DNA of 63,093 nt, filler included, from Trichosphaerium sp. ATCC 40318 (GCA_038496445.1; 3 parts of 3 records of this genome joined end to end with filler, not necessarily neighbours in it); one strand, 5' to 3'; positions 27,001 through 38,775 are shown, counted from the first letter of the whole stretch. Numbers and translations: made by a program. Notes: generated by a model not told the origin, from the letters alone.

Positions 27001-30000
27001 CGTTACAGACAAAGAAACATTGGGGAACAAGTTTGGTTTTTTCGCCGGTCCAAGAAAGTACCTCGACAACAAGACTTTGATCAGGGCTATAGCCATCGTA
27101 TAGATGGTGAATGGTACGGAAAATCTCTATACGAAGTATAAGGCTAGGATCTGCCTTGTACTCCTTCATAAGGAGGTCCATTCTATAAAGCAATGCACGC
27201 TTTTTTACTTCATGCTATAGGAAGAAAATAAAGATTAGCAACTCCTTTTTGTAAACGTGGGTTTGTACCTTCTGCTCTCTGTCGTCTACGTTTCTTTGTA
27301 TCTCTGCAATTGCATCTTTGAATGAGGAGTTACGAAGCAATTTAGAGATGTTCTTCCACTACAATCATGGTTAGTACAGTACATTAGTTGTGGACAAACT
27401 GACCCTCAAGTCTGTGTCTTCTTTGTCTTGTTTTTGCAAGCGAAGTGCGTTTTCATGTTTTAGCTTATCAGCTTTGCTCATGTTGCCCTTATTTTGTTTT
27501 CGCGATTTATTGATTTGTGCTTTACGCTTGTTCTTTTGTTCCTCTCTCTTGAGCTCTTTGTCCCTCTTGATCTTGTCCTTTTTCGACAATTCCTTGATCT
27601 GTCCAACGTGTTGAATATCCATACGCTCCAGATCTAAATGACCGTACATTACAATCAAAAATAATATAATTATTCAATTTTAAAATAAACATACGGGATC
27701 CTTTGAGGGATTCGGCGTAACGGAACATGTGCTTCTGCAAGTTGTTTTTGCTCTTTTGAATGCGTTTCTTCTCCCACTTTGTGAGATTTGTCTTTGTTTT
27801 ACGTTTATCCTTCTTCAAAGCCAAATCTAAAACACGCTATCTTAATCCACGTGCACAAACTTTTTTTTTGATAAACTGGTTTTTGTTGTGCGTTAACTTA
27901 CCTTGTCTGAGAGGAGCTACTTGGTGCCACTTGTATACTGACTCAAAGTATTTTTTGGAATCTTGGGAGCTCTTTACAGCATCATCGTTTTCTAAAATGA
28001 CAAGTTAGCATTTAATCAACGAGAAGGCGTGTGTAGTACTGTCGAGAGTTGGTAGTTGATCAGCACCAAGGATAAGTTTGCCCAAAGGAGACGAGAAAGG
28101 CATCACTTCTTTCTTTTTCTCTATAGATAGGCAAAGGACGTTAGACCCTGAAAACATGACAAGCGCTCTAAAAGATAGTAGTACCTGCATTCAAACCAAT
28201 TCGTTTTTGAAGTTCTTGTTCGTCTAGTTCTCCATCTCTTATTTCAAGAAGTGGGTATAACGCGTCAGTAGTCCCTGCTATTTTGGAGATGACGGCCCAC
28301 GAGGACTCAAGTTTATCAACAGTGGTTTCAGCCACACCGAGAGTTTCCAAGGTGTTTTGGCGGTTGTCAATATCTGCCACGAGAAAATGTGAGCGTTACT
28401 AAATCGTGTATAGAAAGAAAAGCAATCTCTCACCTGTGCCATCGTTTAAGGATAAGTAACGCACTAGTTGTTCAAATAGACGGTTTGAATAGCAATCACA
28501 TACATGCGAAGGAAATTCAACATTGTCCTGAAATCAAGTTAGGTTGTTGAGGTTGAACAAAAGGGGTTGCAATGCGTTTGACATACTGTGTAACATAGAG
28601 CAGCAACATAATGGAATACGCGTTTGGTAAACGCTGCAGTTTGTTTTGAGGCAGATGAAGTTATTGGTAACATTGCAAACGCCTACAACATAACGTTAGC
28701 AATAACAAAAGAAGAAAGGTAACAATTTTAAAATAGGTACCCTAGCTTTAATGTGCAGCGTCTCTAGCAAGTCCTGGTGAATCAAGAATATTTTTGCCAA
28801 GTCTCTCCAATTGCCAAATTCCGGTTTGCCACCACATTCCTTGAGCGCAAGGCCGAGTGCGTGTACAAACACGTTCGGTTTATCTGAATTCGAAAAAAAT
28901 GTCAATATTTATACATAAACAACAAACCGAGTTTTAGTACCCTCGATAGCGGCTATCTCTTGTTTCAACTCTTCATTTGCCGGCTTGAGTATGGTATCGC
29001 ATACAAATGTCTTGACTAGGAGTAAGTACTTTGAAAGATTGTAGTAGTCACACAAAAGAATGAACTGCGAACAGTCAATGAGCATGGCACGTACAACTGC
29101 CTTTTCAGTGGCGCGAGCTTTGCTTCCTTTACCAGCTGTCCAGTAAATAATCCAACCCCAAGCTCTTCCGCCATGGAATTCCATTTCTTCTGTACATACC
29201 ACATTTTGGTTCAATGACACGCATCGCTGGGTACAGTCAGCACACAAGCAGTAGGGTTATGGAACGTGGACTTGGGGTACGCACAACAAGGAACGCTTGG
29301 AATATAGCAGCATGTTCAGCAGACATGAGGGTGAGCATCTCCTTTGTAGCACCATTTGAACATAAAACGAAGGATGGTCTCTCAATCCTGATACGTCCAG
29401 CGAATTCGTCTGAAGACCAATCCATATCGAGTTCTTCCACTACGAATTCGGTGTTCTCTTTCAAGTGTCTAACATATAATTCAGTTACAATGTCTTAGTG
29501 CACGTGCCAGATTTTGACGCGTGACATGTGTTAACTGTCAAGTTTTGTTTTTTGTTGTTACATACCTAACGAGCATGTCGCGCAAAACCAACAACTCTGG
29601 GTTATGCGCCCAAATCCCGCGATTGGATCGCAAAAACAATATTTTAAATTTAGGCGAGCATTCCGACAAATTTACCAAGAAGCGCTCGTATAGGTAAACG
29701 GCGTGCAGGAATTCTCCACCAGATAACTTTTGATCGAGTAGAACAAACGCCAGTACAGAATCACCTGTAAAACGCGAGCAAAGTCAGTTTAGCTGTCATA
29801 TTTAGCGTCAAAACGCGTGTTTCTTTTTTTTTTTGAAACTTGCAACGCCACAACAGTTGCGTAGTTTCTAGATGGGTTACGTACCTTCAATGATGAAGGT
29901 CTCGACGGACGAAAACGTTCCACCGAATAATGAGTGGTTTCCAAGCCCAAACTTGCCCACGCAGTCGCGTAGACCTTCCAAGTACTTGCCTATGACAAAA

Positions 30001-30206
30001 ATAAGCCTATTCCGCCGTTTAACTAGACAAATTGCCTTCAACCAATTCAGTTACGGCATCTTCTCCCTCTTGGTCAATGAAGAACTCGTTGGCTTGGTCT
30101 TGGAGTTTTTGCGCCTATAAATTTTGAGATACAAGACGTTGCGTTGTTTTATTCTTGCCTTTGTTTGGCCCGATTCTACGTCTGGAGATTGTTGAGCTTT
30201 TTCCAT
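24036..30206 (-). CDS. DDX60: DDX60-like Ski2-type DExD/H RNA helicase, many exons, 3' end lost at gap
   Basis: N-terminus ETFIIEG|DSVL...[12 protein letters not shown]...ILFF resembles the DDX60 N-terminus. Motif [74 protein letters not shown]. Confidence 0.88.
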
Positions 30207-30346
30207 GTTTTGTATGAATGATCAGAACCTCTCACACTCACAGTTTCAAAAAACAAACGAAAAGGTACCGAAATTTCGGGTCAGTGAAGATGATGAAGAA
30301 ACAATTACGAAAAATGACATGCGACACGATAAATTTACTACAAGTA

Positions 30347-31497
30347 TCACAATGTTGCAACTAATGCCTTGTCAATCTCCGGCAAGCCCAATAAAAAGGT
30401 GCGTAGTTCTGGCGGCAAGGGATCATTGATTATCACTTTTTTTCCTTCAAAGGGATGCACGAATTCAAAACGTGTTGCGTGAAGAAACAGTCTGTGTAGA
30501 TTGTGCGTCTCTTTAAAAAACTTGTTGATTCTACCCTTTCCTAAAGATGGGCAAGTGTCAGAAGCAATACAAGAAATACCCTAGCAATGGGAGGGTTGGC
30601 ATACCATACATGGTGTCTCCTATTATTTGTCGGGCGGACTTGTGCAGGTGTCTCCTTATTTGATGTCTACGTCCTGTAATTATTCTCGCCTACACAGCAA
30701 TAATGTCTGTTAACAATACCACATTATAACGATATGCTCAAAAGACAAACCTTGACAAGTGACAGGCGATAGAAAGAGGCTAATGTAACAAATCTAGTTT
30801 CTGCGTCTTGGATGACAGCTGGTTTCTTCTTGTCTGCTTTTGACATGCGTCCTGCCTTGCGCTTTGTGAGGGGCTGTGTATCGATCCTTCAAGTTTTTTT
30901 TAAGCATGCATTTGTACTTGAAACAGAAATTGACGCACCAGCTTGGCGGTGAAGTGCCACGAACCAACGCAAGGTACTCTTTAATCGTATTTTCCTTGTC
31001 TTGTATCACTACCTGGAATTTGGCAGCAGCCAGGCTAGACAGAGCAAACAGAAGGATACCTTGATGAGAGTCAAATGCTCATTTCTGTGACACAAAGATT
31101 TACGCTTACCTGACGTGGGTCTAGAGGCCACAATTAATTCAAAGTCTCACGTGCGCAGTGGTACCTATCAAGACGATGCACCGGATGTACTTTGGTACCT
31201 ACGTAGGTAGATACATTCTCAGCAACAAAGATAACTTCTTGCCGCCCGAATATGTCGCTCTTATGTACTGCATAATTCGCTGGTTTTGATACTATTATGC
31301 AATGCTCATCTAGGACCGTTCGTTACGCGATGCAAAAGCAATGTTGCTACTGTTAAACCTCTGTAAAGTACTCGCATTGTGTCAGTTGTTCCAGCTACTT
31401 TAATGGGCGGATAACCCGTGTTGTACAAGTCTTGGGTGGTTTTGTCAGTTTTTGGCTCTGGTGTCTCATGTGATGGCCTTTCTTCTTTAGGTTCCAT
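30347..31497 (-). CDS. RluA/TruC-family pseudouridine synthase
   Basis: Spliced motifs VSKPANYAVH, VHRLDR|PTS|GILLFA, KEYLALVRG, TGRRHQIRRHL, IIGDTMYG, LFLHA...HP. Confidence 0.9.
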
Positions 31498-31767
31498 TAT
31501 TTTGTTGCGCAGGTGATGTAGTTTGCTACTTTTTGAAGCCGTACAAATTGGTTTGTATGGCTTAATCATTATTTAAAGTATAACCGCTTGGGGGGACTTA
31601 ACTTCACAAGAGTTGCAACAAGTCCTGAGTAGAATTGAGAGATCATTAATACTAAAGGCAAGCATGAACATTACATTGTTTACGCGTCAACACGGAGACG
31701 TATACCACACCGTACAGGCTGTAAAGTTGTCGGTGGTTTTTGTTTTTGTTTTTGTTTGTTTTTAAGT

Positions 31768-33348
31768 ATGGGTCCCTTCAGTAGTAACTGTATGTGTAGT
31801 ATGAGTCTAGTAGATAGTGGGTCAATAGTAGATGAAAACGCTAAGCCACCAGCCGAGGCTGGTGACATCGCGTTAGAAGGTGTTGGCAGCGATATGGATG
31901 TCGACAAAGAAGTGGGAAATAGTACGGAGACTTCTCCCAGTAGCACACCAAAATTGAAGCCTGAGGTTGCAGACACGGTTATGGGTGAAGTAGTCGATAA
32001 AGGCGAAGACAAAGGCGATGAGGTTGGCGACGAAAGCGAAGACGGTGAACAGGTTGCAACGGAGCCTAAGGAACACGAAGGAACGCCAGAGCCTACGGAA
32101 CAGCTGGTACCAGGGTTTAAAGATGGTGAAAACCTTGTAGAGAGTGAGGACGGCGATTTCGAACCGATACGCACAAAGAAACGTACCAGAGACGCGAACG
32201 GTATACATACAGACGCCAACACAGTTAAGAGGCCGCGTAAGATGTCCAACTCAACGAAAGTGGTCTCCAGACGTATTTTGAAGGCTAAAACCATCGTTGG
32301 TGCGCCGCTCACTGGCGCTATTCGCAAAAACCAAAGTGGTATGAAAGAAGTAGAAGATTTCGCCAAGGCCATTATATCGAAGGAAAGCAGAGATCGTAAT
32401 CGCGCTATGAACAATGGAGCCAACTCAAGACAGGAAGAACGTAGATTACACAAATTAGTGGTATCTACTCCTGCGTTTGAACAGCAGAGTTCTGTTTGCG
32501 AAGAAGAAGTCTTGCGTAAGGCCAAAGCATTCTGGGTCCGTGTTGCAGACTATCCAGACCAACTAGATAGGCGTAAGTGGGCGTCACTGTTCAAGGTTAG
32601 TATAGCGATTGACAGAGGAGACAGAGTCACGGATGAACAACGGTCGTGGCGTCGGTGGGTTCATAACGGATCTGCGTACCTAAAGGCGAACAAGGAACTC
32701 GTGTTTTCGGTGAAGACAGAAGAGATGAGAGAGTTTATTTGCAGTATCATGGTGCCAGAACAGATTGCGGAACCAGTTGAACGTATACAGATCTTCAACA
32801 AAGACGTGGACGGTCGTGACATCGACTTTAAACGCGTCTTTTTCATCGATGATCTACGAGACGGTATTGACGCTGATACAGTCCGCAAGGGCTTGATGGA
32901 GATGTACTATGACGCTGGCGAGATAACCGTTATCAACATGGGTATAAATCCCATGGCACGAGACGAAGACTTTGCTGTGTTTGCCAAAGTCTGGGTAGAG
33001 TTGCCAGACTCTGAAGCGTTTGCGGAAGCTAGGAACAACAACAGTGGTTTCTGTGGCGACTGGGAAGTCACCATCAACCAGGCTACGGCCAAGGGTGCTC
33101 CTAGGGCGGTTCTAGTCCGTTTTGATCCGGCGCAGTTAGCGAGGTTCAAAGTTGCGTTGTTCATCGCCCAAGTAGAAAAGTTGTTTGGGATCCGCATTCT
33201 AGCTATGAAGAAAGCACACGGCACCTATGGTGGGTTTGGTACAGCTTGTTTTGTTACGTTTGCATCCAAGGAAGAGAAGCTGAGAGCTATAGACGCGGGA
33301 CAGCTGAAATGGGGTGAAAAGTTGGCGCTGAGATTTAAGTTTTCTTAA
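31768..33348 (+). CDS. LINE ORF1 protein (acidic disordered N-terminus, probable RRM-like C-terminal domains)
   Basis: ~525-aa intronless ORF ending 26 nt before ORF2. GTACFVTFASKEEK resembles RNP1. Start codon uncertain (31768 or 31801). Confidence 0.8.
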   Translation: MGPFSSNCMCSMSLVDSGSIVDENAKPPAEAGDIALEGVGSDMDVDKEVGNSTETSPSSTPKLKPEVADTVMGEVVDKGEDKGDEVGDESEDGEQVATEPKEHEGTPEPTEQLVPGFKDGENLVESEDGDFEPIRTKKRTRDANGIHTDANTVKRPRKMSNSTKVVSRRILKAKTIVGAPLTGAIRKNQSGMKEVEDFAKAIISKESRDRNRAMNNGANSRQEERRLHKLVVSTPAFEQQSSVCEEEVLRKAKAFWVRVADYPDQLDRRKWASLFKVSIAIDRGDRVTDEQRSWRRWVHNGSAYLKANKELVFSVKTEEMREFICSIMVPEQIAEPVERIQIFNKDVDGRDIDFKRVFFIDDLRDGIDADTVRKGLMEMYYDAGEITVINMGINPMARDEDFAVFAKVWVELPDSEAFAEARNNNSGFCGDWEVTINQATAKGAPRAVLVRFDPAQLARFKVALFIAQVEKLFGIRILAMKKAHGTYGGFGTACFVTFASKEEKLRAIDAGQLKWGEKLALRFKFS

Positions 33349-33374
33349 TAAATATATTTCTTTTTTAAATTAAT

Positions 33375-36300
33375 ATGTCTAGTTATTTAGATAACTCCTC
33401 CTCAGACTCCAACCCTCACTCCTTCTCCGCCTCCTCTCACGACTCCTCAAACTCCTCTCACCCAATAGAAACGTCAGACTTCAGTACAGACAAAGAACAT
33501 AGGCTCACAGTTGTCTCCGTAAACTTATCTCAAGCTGGAATACAGGGTAAGTACCGTGAAATTACACAGTTTCTTGAAGAATACGAACCAGATGTCCTCA
33601 TGTTGCAAGAGTGCCATTGCACTAGCGAAGATTTTAAGTACCTCCTTCCTGAATTCCATAAAGACGCGCCCAACTATACACTTTATGATAACCTAGTTAG
33701 TAGAGCAACAGCCAAACGTATCAACACTAAACATAGGGAAATGGCTTTTGCGAAACGACATAAAATAGAGATGTCAGCGATACAGGATAAACTTCTCTCC
33801 ATGTCCAAAGAAGACTTCACGAAAGAGTACGAATATCTCAGCAGCAGCGGTCGCCCCCAAGGAGGTGTAGTCACTATTGTCAGTAAGACGCTTGCCTTCG
33901 GCAGCGTCAAGATCCCCTCCAAAGATAAGGTTTTCCTCCCTGTGATTATTAACAGTAGAGGGTCCAATGAACAGAGAACAATGATAGTTAACGTTTATAT
34001 AGATTCTTATACAGATAAGGCGAAAAAAGAACAAATCAAGAGGCTTGGAGTGCTCATTCCTCAGTGGTGCAGTGAAAATGATGTCTGTAGCAACCGTGTC
34101 ATTGTCGGTGGCGACTGGAATATCCCCTTGTCGCACAAAGATGTCAAGTCCAAGAGTAACAGAGCCACGAGGAACGCTAAACTGGTGTGGGAGTTAATCA
34201 ACGAGCTAGACCTGTGGGAACCTTTCAAGAGGTTTAACAAAGACGTACCTGAATATTCGTACAATAACAAATCTCGCATAGATTATTTTCTTGTGTCGAA
34301 TGATTATCCCTTTGAATCTATTTCATCTACTATCCTAGATGATGATGATATTATAATGTCTGATCACCATCCGATAGGACTTTTTATGCAGACTAAAGTC
34401 TGCAGGTGTATAATTGAACCAAGGATCAAGCCAACCTTTAAACGCATCCAAGAGCGGAATATCACCACTGCCGATCTGAAAGCGAAATTGGAATGGTCTA
34501 AAATAAAAAGTAAGTTTAAAAAGTCCACGCTCGATAGCTACGACAAAGCAGTTGCGGAAGAAGATCCCTTAGTGGCGCTAGACTTCTGGACTAAGTTTGT
34601 TGATGGATTAAACGAAGACTTGTACGAATACTTAGGAGACGCGTTGGGAACTCAAGAAATGAACTGTCGTACACTCCAGTCGTTTATTGATAAGTCACCA
34701 GCCTTGAACCGTATGAAAGCTAACTCTAGATATGCAATAGCTTTACGTATTCGTATTACACGTAAAAACCGTAACCGTACAGGAGACACGTTTCGTGAAA
34801 TACGTAGGCTTGGCAACTCACTCAACATTGACGAATGGAATGATGAAGTAATCAATAATGTAGAACAGGGCGTGATTGCAATAGCGTCTATCCTTCGCAG
34901 TCTCTCCTATCAAAAACGAGATGTCAGGCGTAAAATTAAGACTAAATATGTTAGGAAGTGTGCCAGTAGATGCATGGACATGAGAGGCAGGCCTCTCTTT
35001 GCTCGAATGCGTAAACTTCGCAGTGAACAGTCAGGACAAGCATATTTTCCGGACTATCTCACTCCTAACACGGACTATTGGGAAGGAGATGAGAAAGTTA
35101 CCAATGCTGAACAAGATCACCTAGTGTCCAACAACGAAATTGCAGATGAGTTTGAACGCAAATGGGGAGGGCTGTTCTGTTCTGGACACAGAGTCAAGAA
35201 CCCCAACAGTGACGACCTTCCCTTCAAGGTAGAACTCCCTACACCACCTGAGGATATGGTTGAGACAGATTGCAGTTTCCCTATTAACCGCAAAACGTTT
35301 CGAGATGCAGCGGAACAAATCGCCTCATACAAAGCGCCTGGAGAATCAGGGATTGGTCCTAGAATATTCAAATGTATTCCGTACCAACTGGTAGACAAGT
35401 TGGTGGTGCTGTTCAACTTTGCCTATAACAACTCGATCATGCCACGAGCATGGTGTAAAAGCTTGGTGGTTATGCTGCCTAAAAGCAGCAAAAAGGACGT
35501 TTTTGCTTTTAGACCTATTGCGTTGCTAGATTCTGAGTATAAGATCTACTCTAGAATACTGACTAACGACCTGAATAGACACGTCATAGAAAACAACCTG
35601 ATGTCCAAACTTCAATTCGGGTTTGTTCGTGATAGGTCTATATATATGGCCCATAAACTGTTCTTTAGCGCCCTGAACGATGCCAACGCATATGACTTGG
35701 ACTTGCTTGCCTTGTTTATTGATCTCCGTAAGGCATACGACTCCATACCACATTGGGCAATACGCGCCATACTGGAGTTCCACAGAGTCCCAACACACCT
35801 TATTAATGGTATAATGGGGATATATAGCGGCCTACGAGCTACGATAAAGATTCCGGTTGGAGATGTTGACATAAATGTCAACAGAGGCACGCGTCAAGGT
35901 GATATTATCTCCCCGACTATCTGGGACCTTTTTATTAACCTGATCCTGCTTAAAATCGAACAGAAAGGCTATGGGTATATCATGAAGACCAATAACAAAA
36001 AAGTACCTGCATCAGGATACGCGGACGATATAGTCCTATTAGCAAAGTCAATCTTAGACATGAAAAATATGTATAGGGTAATCACCAAGTTCTGTAGCCA
36101 TTTCCTGGTCAACGTTAATCCTAGCAAGTGTGCAATCACGATAAGAAGGTCGGTTAAACGTACACCTAATGACTTGTCCTTCCTTAAATGGAGGGGAAAA
36201 CCGATCGTAGAACTACAGCCTAACCAATGCTACAAGTACCTAGGTATACATACGTGTCTAGATATGAATTTTAGCACGCACTATGCGAAACTGGACAAGG

Positions 36301-38339
36301 CGTTCCGCTCGCAAATGGGTATCATTAAGTCCAAGATGTTCACTACAAGACAACGAGTTATACTTGTTAACCAAGCAGTAATGGCAAAAATTAGTTTCAC
36401 AATGGGATCAGTGATTATTCCGGAGGGATGGAGAAACAAATGGAACAAGCTAGCATGTACGACCATATTTTACAGTGCTAAAGTCAACGTCCGATCATAC
36501 GAATGCAGAGTACAGTCCAGGCTAGCTGGACTGGGACTCCGCGACCTCCATGATATACAGCGCATGATGTATATTAAAACTGCACTTAAAGACGTGCTTA
36601 ACACCGAAGAAATCATGCCTAAACTCACTATCCTTGCAAACAAGGAGAAAGAGTGTATTGAAGAACTTCTCTTAGATTCAGTGTGGGAGGTCAAGTTTAA
36701 CGATGGTCCACGTGCTCAACCCAAGATAGCTAAGTATACCAAACAAGCGTTTGAAAGCTTTGTCTTTTCTGTGGTTGAAGATGGTTTAAAAAAGTTTGTC
36801 ATAGGTACAGATGGCAGCGTCATTAACAATAAAATCGCGTCTTCGGCTGTGGCTTTTGCATACGACAAAAGGACGTGCTCCAAGTCTGCCACCTTGTTCC
36901 ACGATGACTCCACAGGAGCTGAGCTTGAAGCTATTGAGCTGGCGCTCAAAGCTTCCCCAGACGACTCGAACGTAATTAACATCACCGACTCCCTGGGTGC
37001 TAAGCAGTTAGTGGACAATTATGAAAAGATGACGAAAGTGGAGAAATTTAAATGTAAATATAACCACACTTTGGTTAGAATCATTGACTGCCTCAAACAA
37101 CGACGTGATGCTGGATCGCTTACTGAACTCATTTTCTACCCTAGTCATGCCAACACATGTGCAGCAAAGGCCGCTAAAGCCAAGAAGATTAGAGAAAAGC
37201 TGTCCAAACGTTTCAGAAGCGAGGAAATAGACCAGTTTCAGCGCCTTAATGAAATGGCAGATTGGGCGGCTGGCGCCGCCGAGCTTGATACTCAGGGTAA
37301 GTCACTCATGAATACTATAGCCATACCTGTAGGTGCGCCGGATTGGCGGATGGAGAACAAACGCAACGGTAATAAACTCTTCCACGACCCGTGGTTGGAG
37401 TTCAGGAATGAAGGCGAGTTCAATAAACTCCGAGAAATGGAAATGGTGTCAATAGCCAATGGTAGATCTAGGGAAGGTATCATGTATAAAGCGTCGTACT
37501 TCCCCGAGAGTACGCTCACGCAGGCTGCTATTAAAGTTTTTGTTTTTCGGGTACGGAACAATGCGCTTAGTCTTAATAAGCAGTGTCACAACCCTGCCAA
37601 CGTTATCCAACGTGAGTCCTTGTGGACCAAACGTAACCGCATCATGTATCCTACAAATAGATGTGGAGCCTGTGAAGAGACAGGTATAGAAGTAATCGAA
37701 GACTACTTCCACCTGGCCCACTGTCCCAACTGTTCCTTTAATTTTGAAGAATTGTTTGTTACCCATATTGCCCGTATCCTTGTACATTTACTTACTTGCA
37801 AGGTGGCTAAAGGGTCGTGGGACGAATCAGATGCTAATAGAGCTATTGTATGTGCACATGCAACAGACAATGCATTTGTACTCCCGGACATGGTAGAGAC
37901 TTGGCGTGTAACAAATGAAATGCGGGAGGTGGCTTTACTTGGTACAGGGGAGATCCTGTCAAGAGAACTTAGAGCAAAGGTAGAAGATAGCATACACATG
38001 AACATGTCAGTGGTTCAACGCGCAAAAGAGGTGGCAGAATTCTGGGGTGTTGCACAGGGACGCAGAGATAACTTTTCATATCGTACATCGCAAGGATGGG
38101 TTATGAAAGGAATGGCGGGGCGTATAGCCGCTACACTTGGATTGGAAGATGCAAAAGCAATGGAGGCCACGTGTATGATTAACGTGGCATATATGACACT
38201 TATGTACCGCAAATATCGGGCGCGATGTAAGACGGAAGCTAAAATCCGACGAGATCGTGGTAGAGTGGTTGGTAAGTGCTCTTGGAAACCCACGAAACGT
38301 CAGATTAGAGCGGAAACAGAAACAGTAGAGGAGGGATAA
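33375..38339 (+). CDS. LINE ORF2: AP endonuclease, reverse transcriptase, RNase H, Cys/His zinc motif
   Basis: APE: DVLMLQE, GGDWN, SRIDYF, SDHHP. RT: KAPGESG, FRPIAL, QFGF, DLRKAYDS, GTRQGDIISP, YADD, YKYLG. RNase H: TDGS, AELEAI, ITDS, PSH, NEMAD. Zinc motif CGAC...EDYFHLAHC. Confidence 0.96.
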   Translation: MSSYLDNSSSDSNPHSFSASSHDSSNSSHPIETSDFSTDKEHRLTVVSVNLSQAGIQGKYREITQFLEEYEPDVLMLQECHCTSEDFKYLLPEFHKDAPNYTLYDNLVSRATAKRINTKHREMAFAKRHKIEMSAIQDKLLSMSKEDFTKEYEYLSSSGRPQGGVVTIVSKTLAFGSVKIPSKDKVFLPVIINSRGSNEQRTMIVNVYIDSYTDKAKKEQIKRLGVLIPQWCSENDVCSNRVIVGGDWNIPLSHKDVKSKSNRATRNAKLVWELINELDLWEPFKRFNKDVPEYSYNNKSRIDYFLVSNDYPFESISSTILDDDDIIMSDHHPIGLFMQTKVCRCIIEPRIKPTFKRIQERNITTADLKAKLEWSKIKSKFKKSTLDSYDKAVAEEDPLVALDFWTKFVDGLNEDLYEYLGDALGTQEMNCRTLQSFIDKSPALNRMKANSRYAIALRIRITRKNRNRTGDTFREIRRLGNSLNIDEWNDEVINNVEQGVIAIASILRSLSYQKRDVRRKIKTKYVRKCASRCMDMRGRPLFARMRKLRSEQSGQAYFPDYLTPNTDYWEGDEKVTNAEQDHLVSNNEIADEFERKWGGLFCSGHRVKNPNSDDLPFKVELPTPPEDMVETDCSFPINRKTFRDAAEQIASYKAPGESGIGPRIFKCIPYQLVDKLVVLFNFAYNNSIMPRAWCKSLVVMLPKSSKKDVFAFRPIALLDSEYKIYSRILTNDLNRHVIENNLMSKLQFGFVRDRSIYMAHKLFFSALNDANAYDLDLLALFIDLRKAYDSIPHWAIRAILEFHRVPTHLINGIMGIYSGLRATIKIPVGDVDINVNRGTRQGDIISPTIWDLFINLILLKIEQKGYGYIMKTNNKKVPASGYADDIVLLAKSILDMKNMYRVITKFCSHFLVNVNPSKCAITIRRSVKRTPNDLSFLKWRGKPIVELQPNQCYKYLGIHTCLDMNFSTHYAKLDKAFRSQMGIIKSKMFTTRQRVILVNQAVMAKISFTMGSVIIPEGWRNKWNKLACTTIFYSAKVNVRSYECRVQSRLAGLGLRDLHDIQRMMYIKTALKDVLNTEEIMPKLTILANKEKECIEELLLDSVWEVKFNDGPRAQPKIAKYTKQAFESFVFSVVEDGLKKFVIGTDGSVINNKIASSAVAFAYDKRTCSKSATLFHDDSTGAELEAIELALKASPDDSNVINITDSLGAKQLVDNYEKMTKVEKFKCKYNHTLVRIIDCLKQRRDAGSLTELIFYPSHANTCAAKAAKAKKIREKLSKRFRSEEIDQFQRLNEMADWAAGAAELDTQGKSLMNTIAIPVGAPDWRMENKRNGNKLFHDPWLEFRNEGEFNKLREMEMVSIANGRSREGIMYKASYFPESTLTQAAIKVFVFRVRNNALSLNKQCHNPANVIQRESLWTKRNRIMYPTNRCGACEETGIEVIEDYFHLAHCPNCSFNFEELFVTHIARILVHLLTCKVAKGSWDESDANRAIVCAHATDNAFVLPDMVETWRVTNEMREVALLGTGEILSRELRAKVEDSIHMNMSVVQRAKEVAEFWGVAQGRRDNFSYRTSQGWVMKGMAGRIAATLGLEDAKAMEATCMINVAYMTLMYRKYRARCKTEAKIRRDRGRVVGKCSWKPTKRQIRAETETVEEG

Positions 38340-38775
38340 GATGGATTTGGATATGTAACGCGGTGGAGAGTGGCGGAACTATGAATGTGGAGACGGTCGG
38401 TGGCAGGTTTTTACGCCCAGGTGGGGCTTTTCCTGCAGGATAGAGGGTTTTTTTTACGAATGTTTTCCCTCATTATTTCTTTTTTTTTTACACTACATGT
38501 AGGCCTAGCGGCCGTGTCGGGTGGTTGGCGACTATACTAAAGCGGCCTAATTAGCGCCCAGTAAAGTCAACGCCAGACAATAAACAATAAACAAACAAAC
38601 AAACAAACAAAGTATAACCGCTTCTACATCGAATACTACGCCATTAACTGGCGTGTGGAATACATTTTACGCGTGTTTGTTCTCTTTCGCTATCAACGGA
38701 AGTTTATAGTGGCTATTACATCACACATGGCGTAATTAGCGCGAGAACACGCTGACATACAAAGTTTAGCCAACA

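Larger units (their letters stand above)
31590..38608 (+). mobile_element. Full-length non-LTR retrotransposon (LINE; APE-RT-RNase H)
   Basis: Perfect 15-bp TSD AAAGTATAACCGCTT at 31575-31589 and 38609-38623. Two intact intronless ORFs; 3' tail CAATAAACAATAAA(CAAA)n. Confidence 0.95.

Noticed and set aside
31680-32525. 281-aa antisense ORF in the LINE
   Set aside because: Ser-rich mirror of the acidic ORF1 N-terminus, with no motifs.
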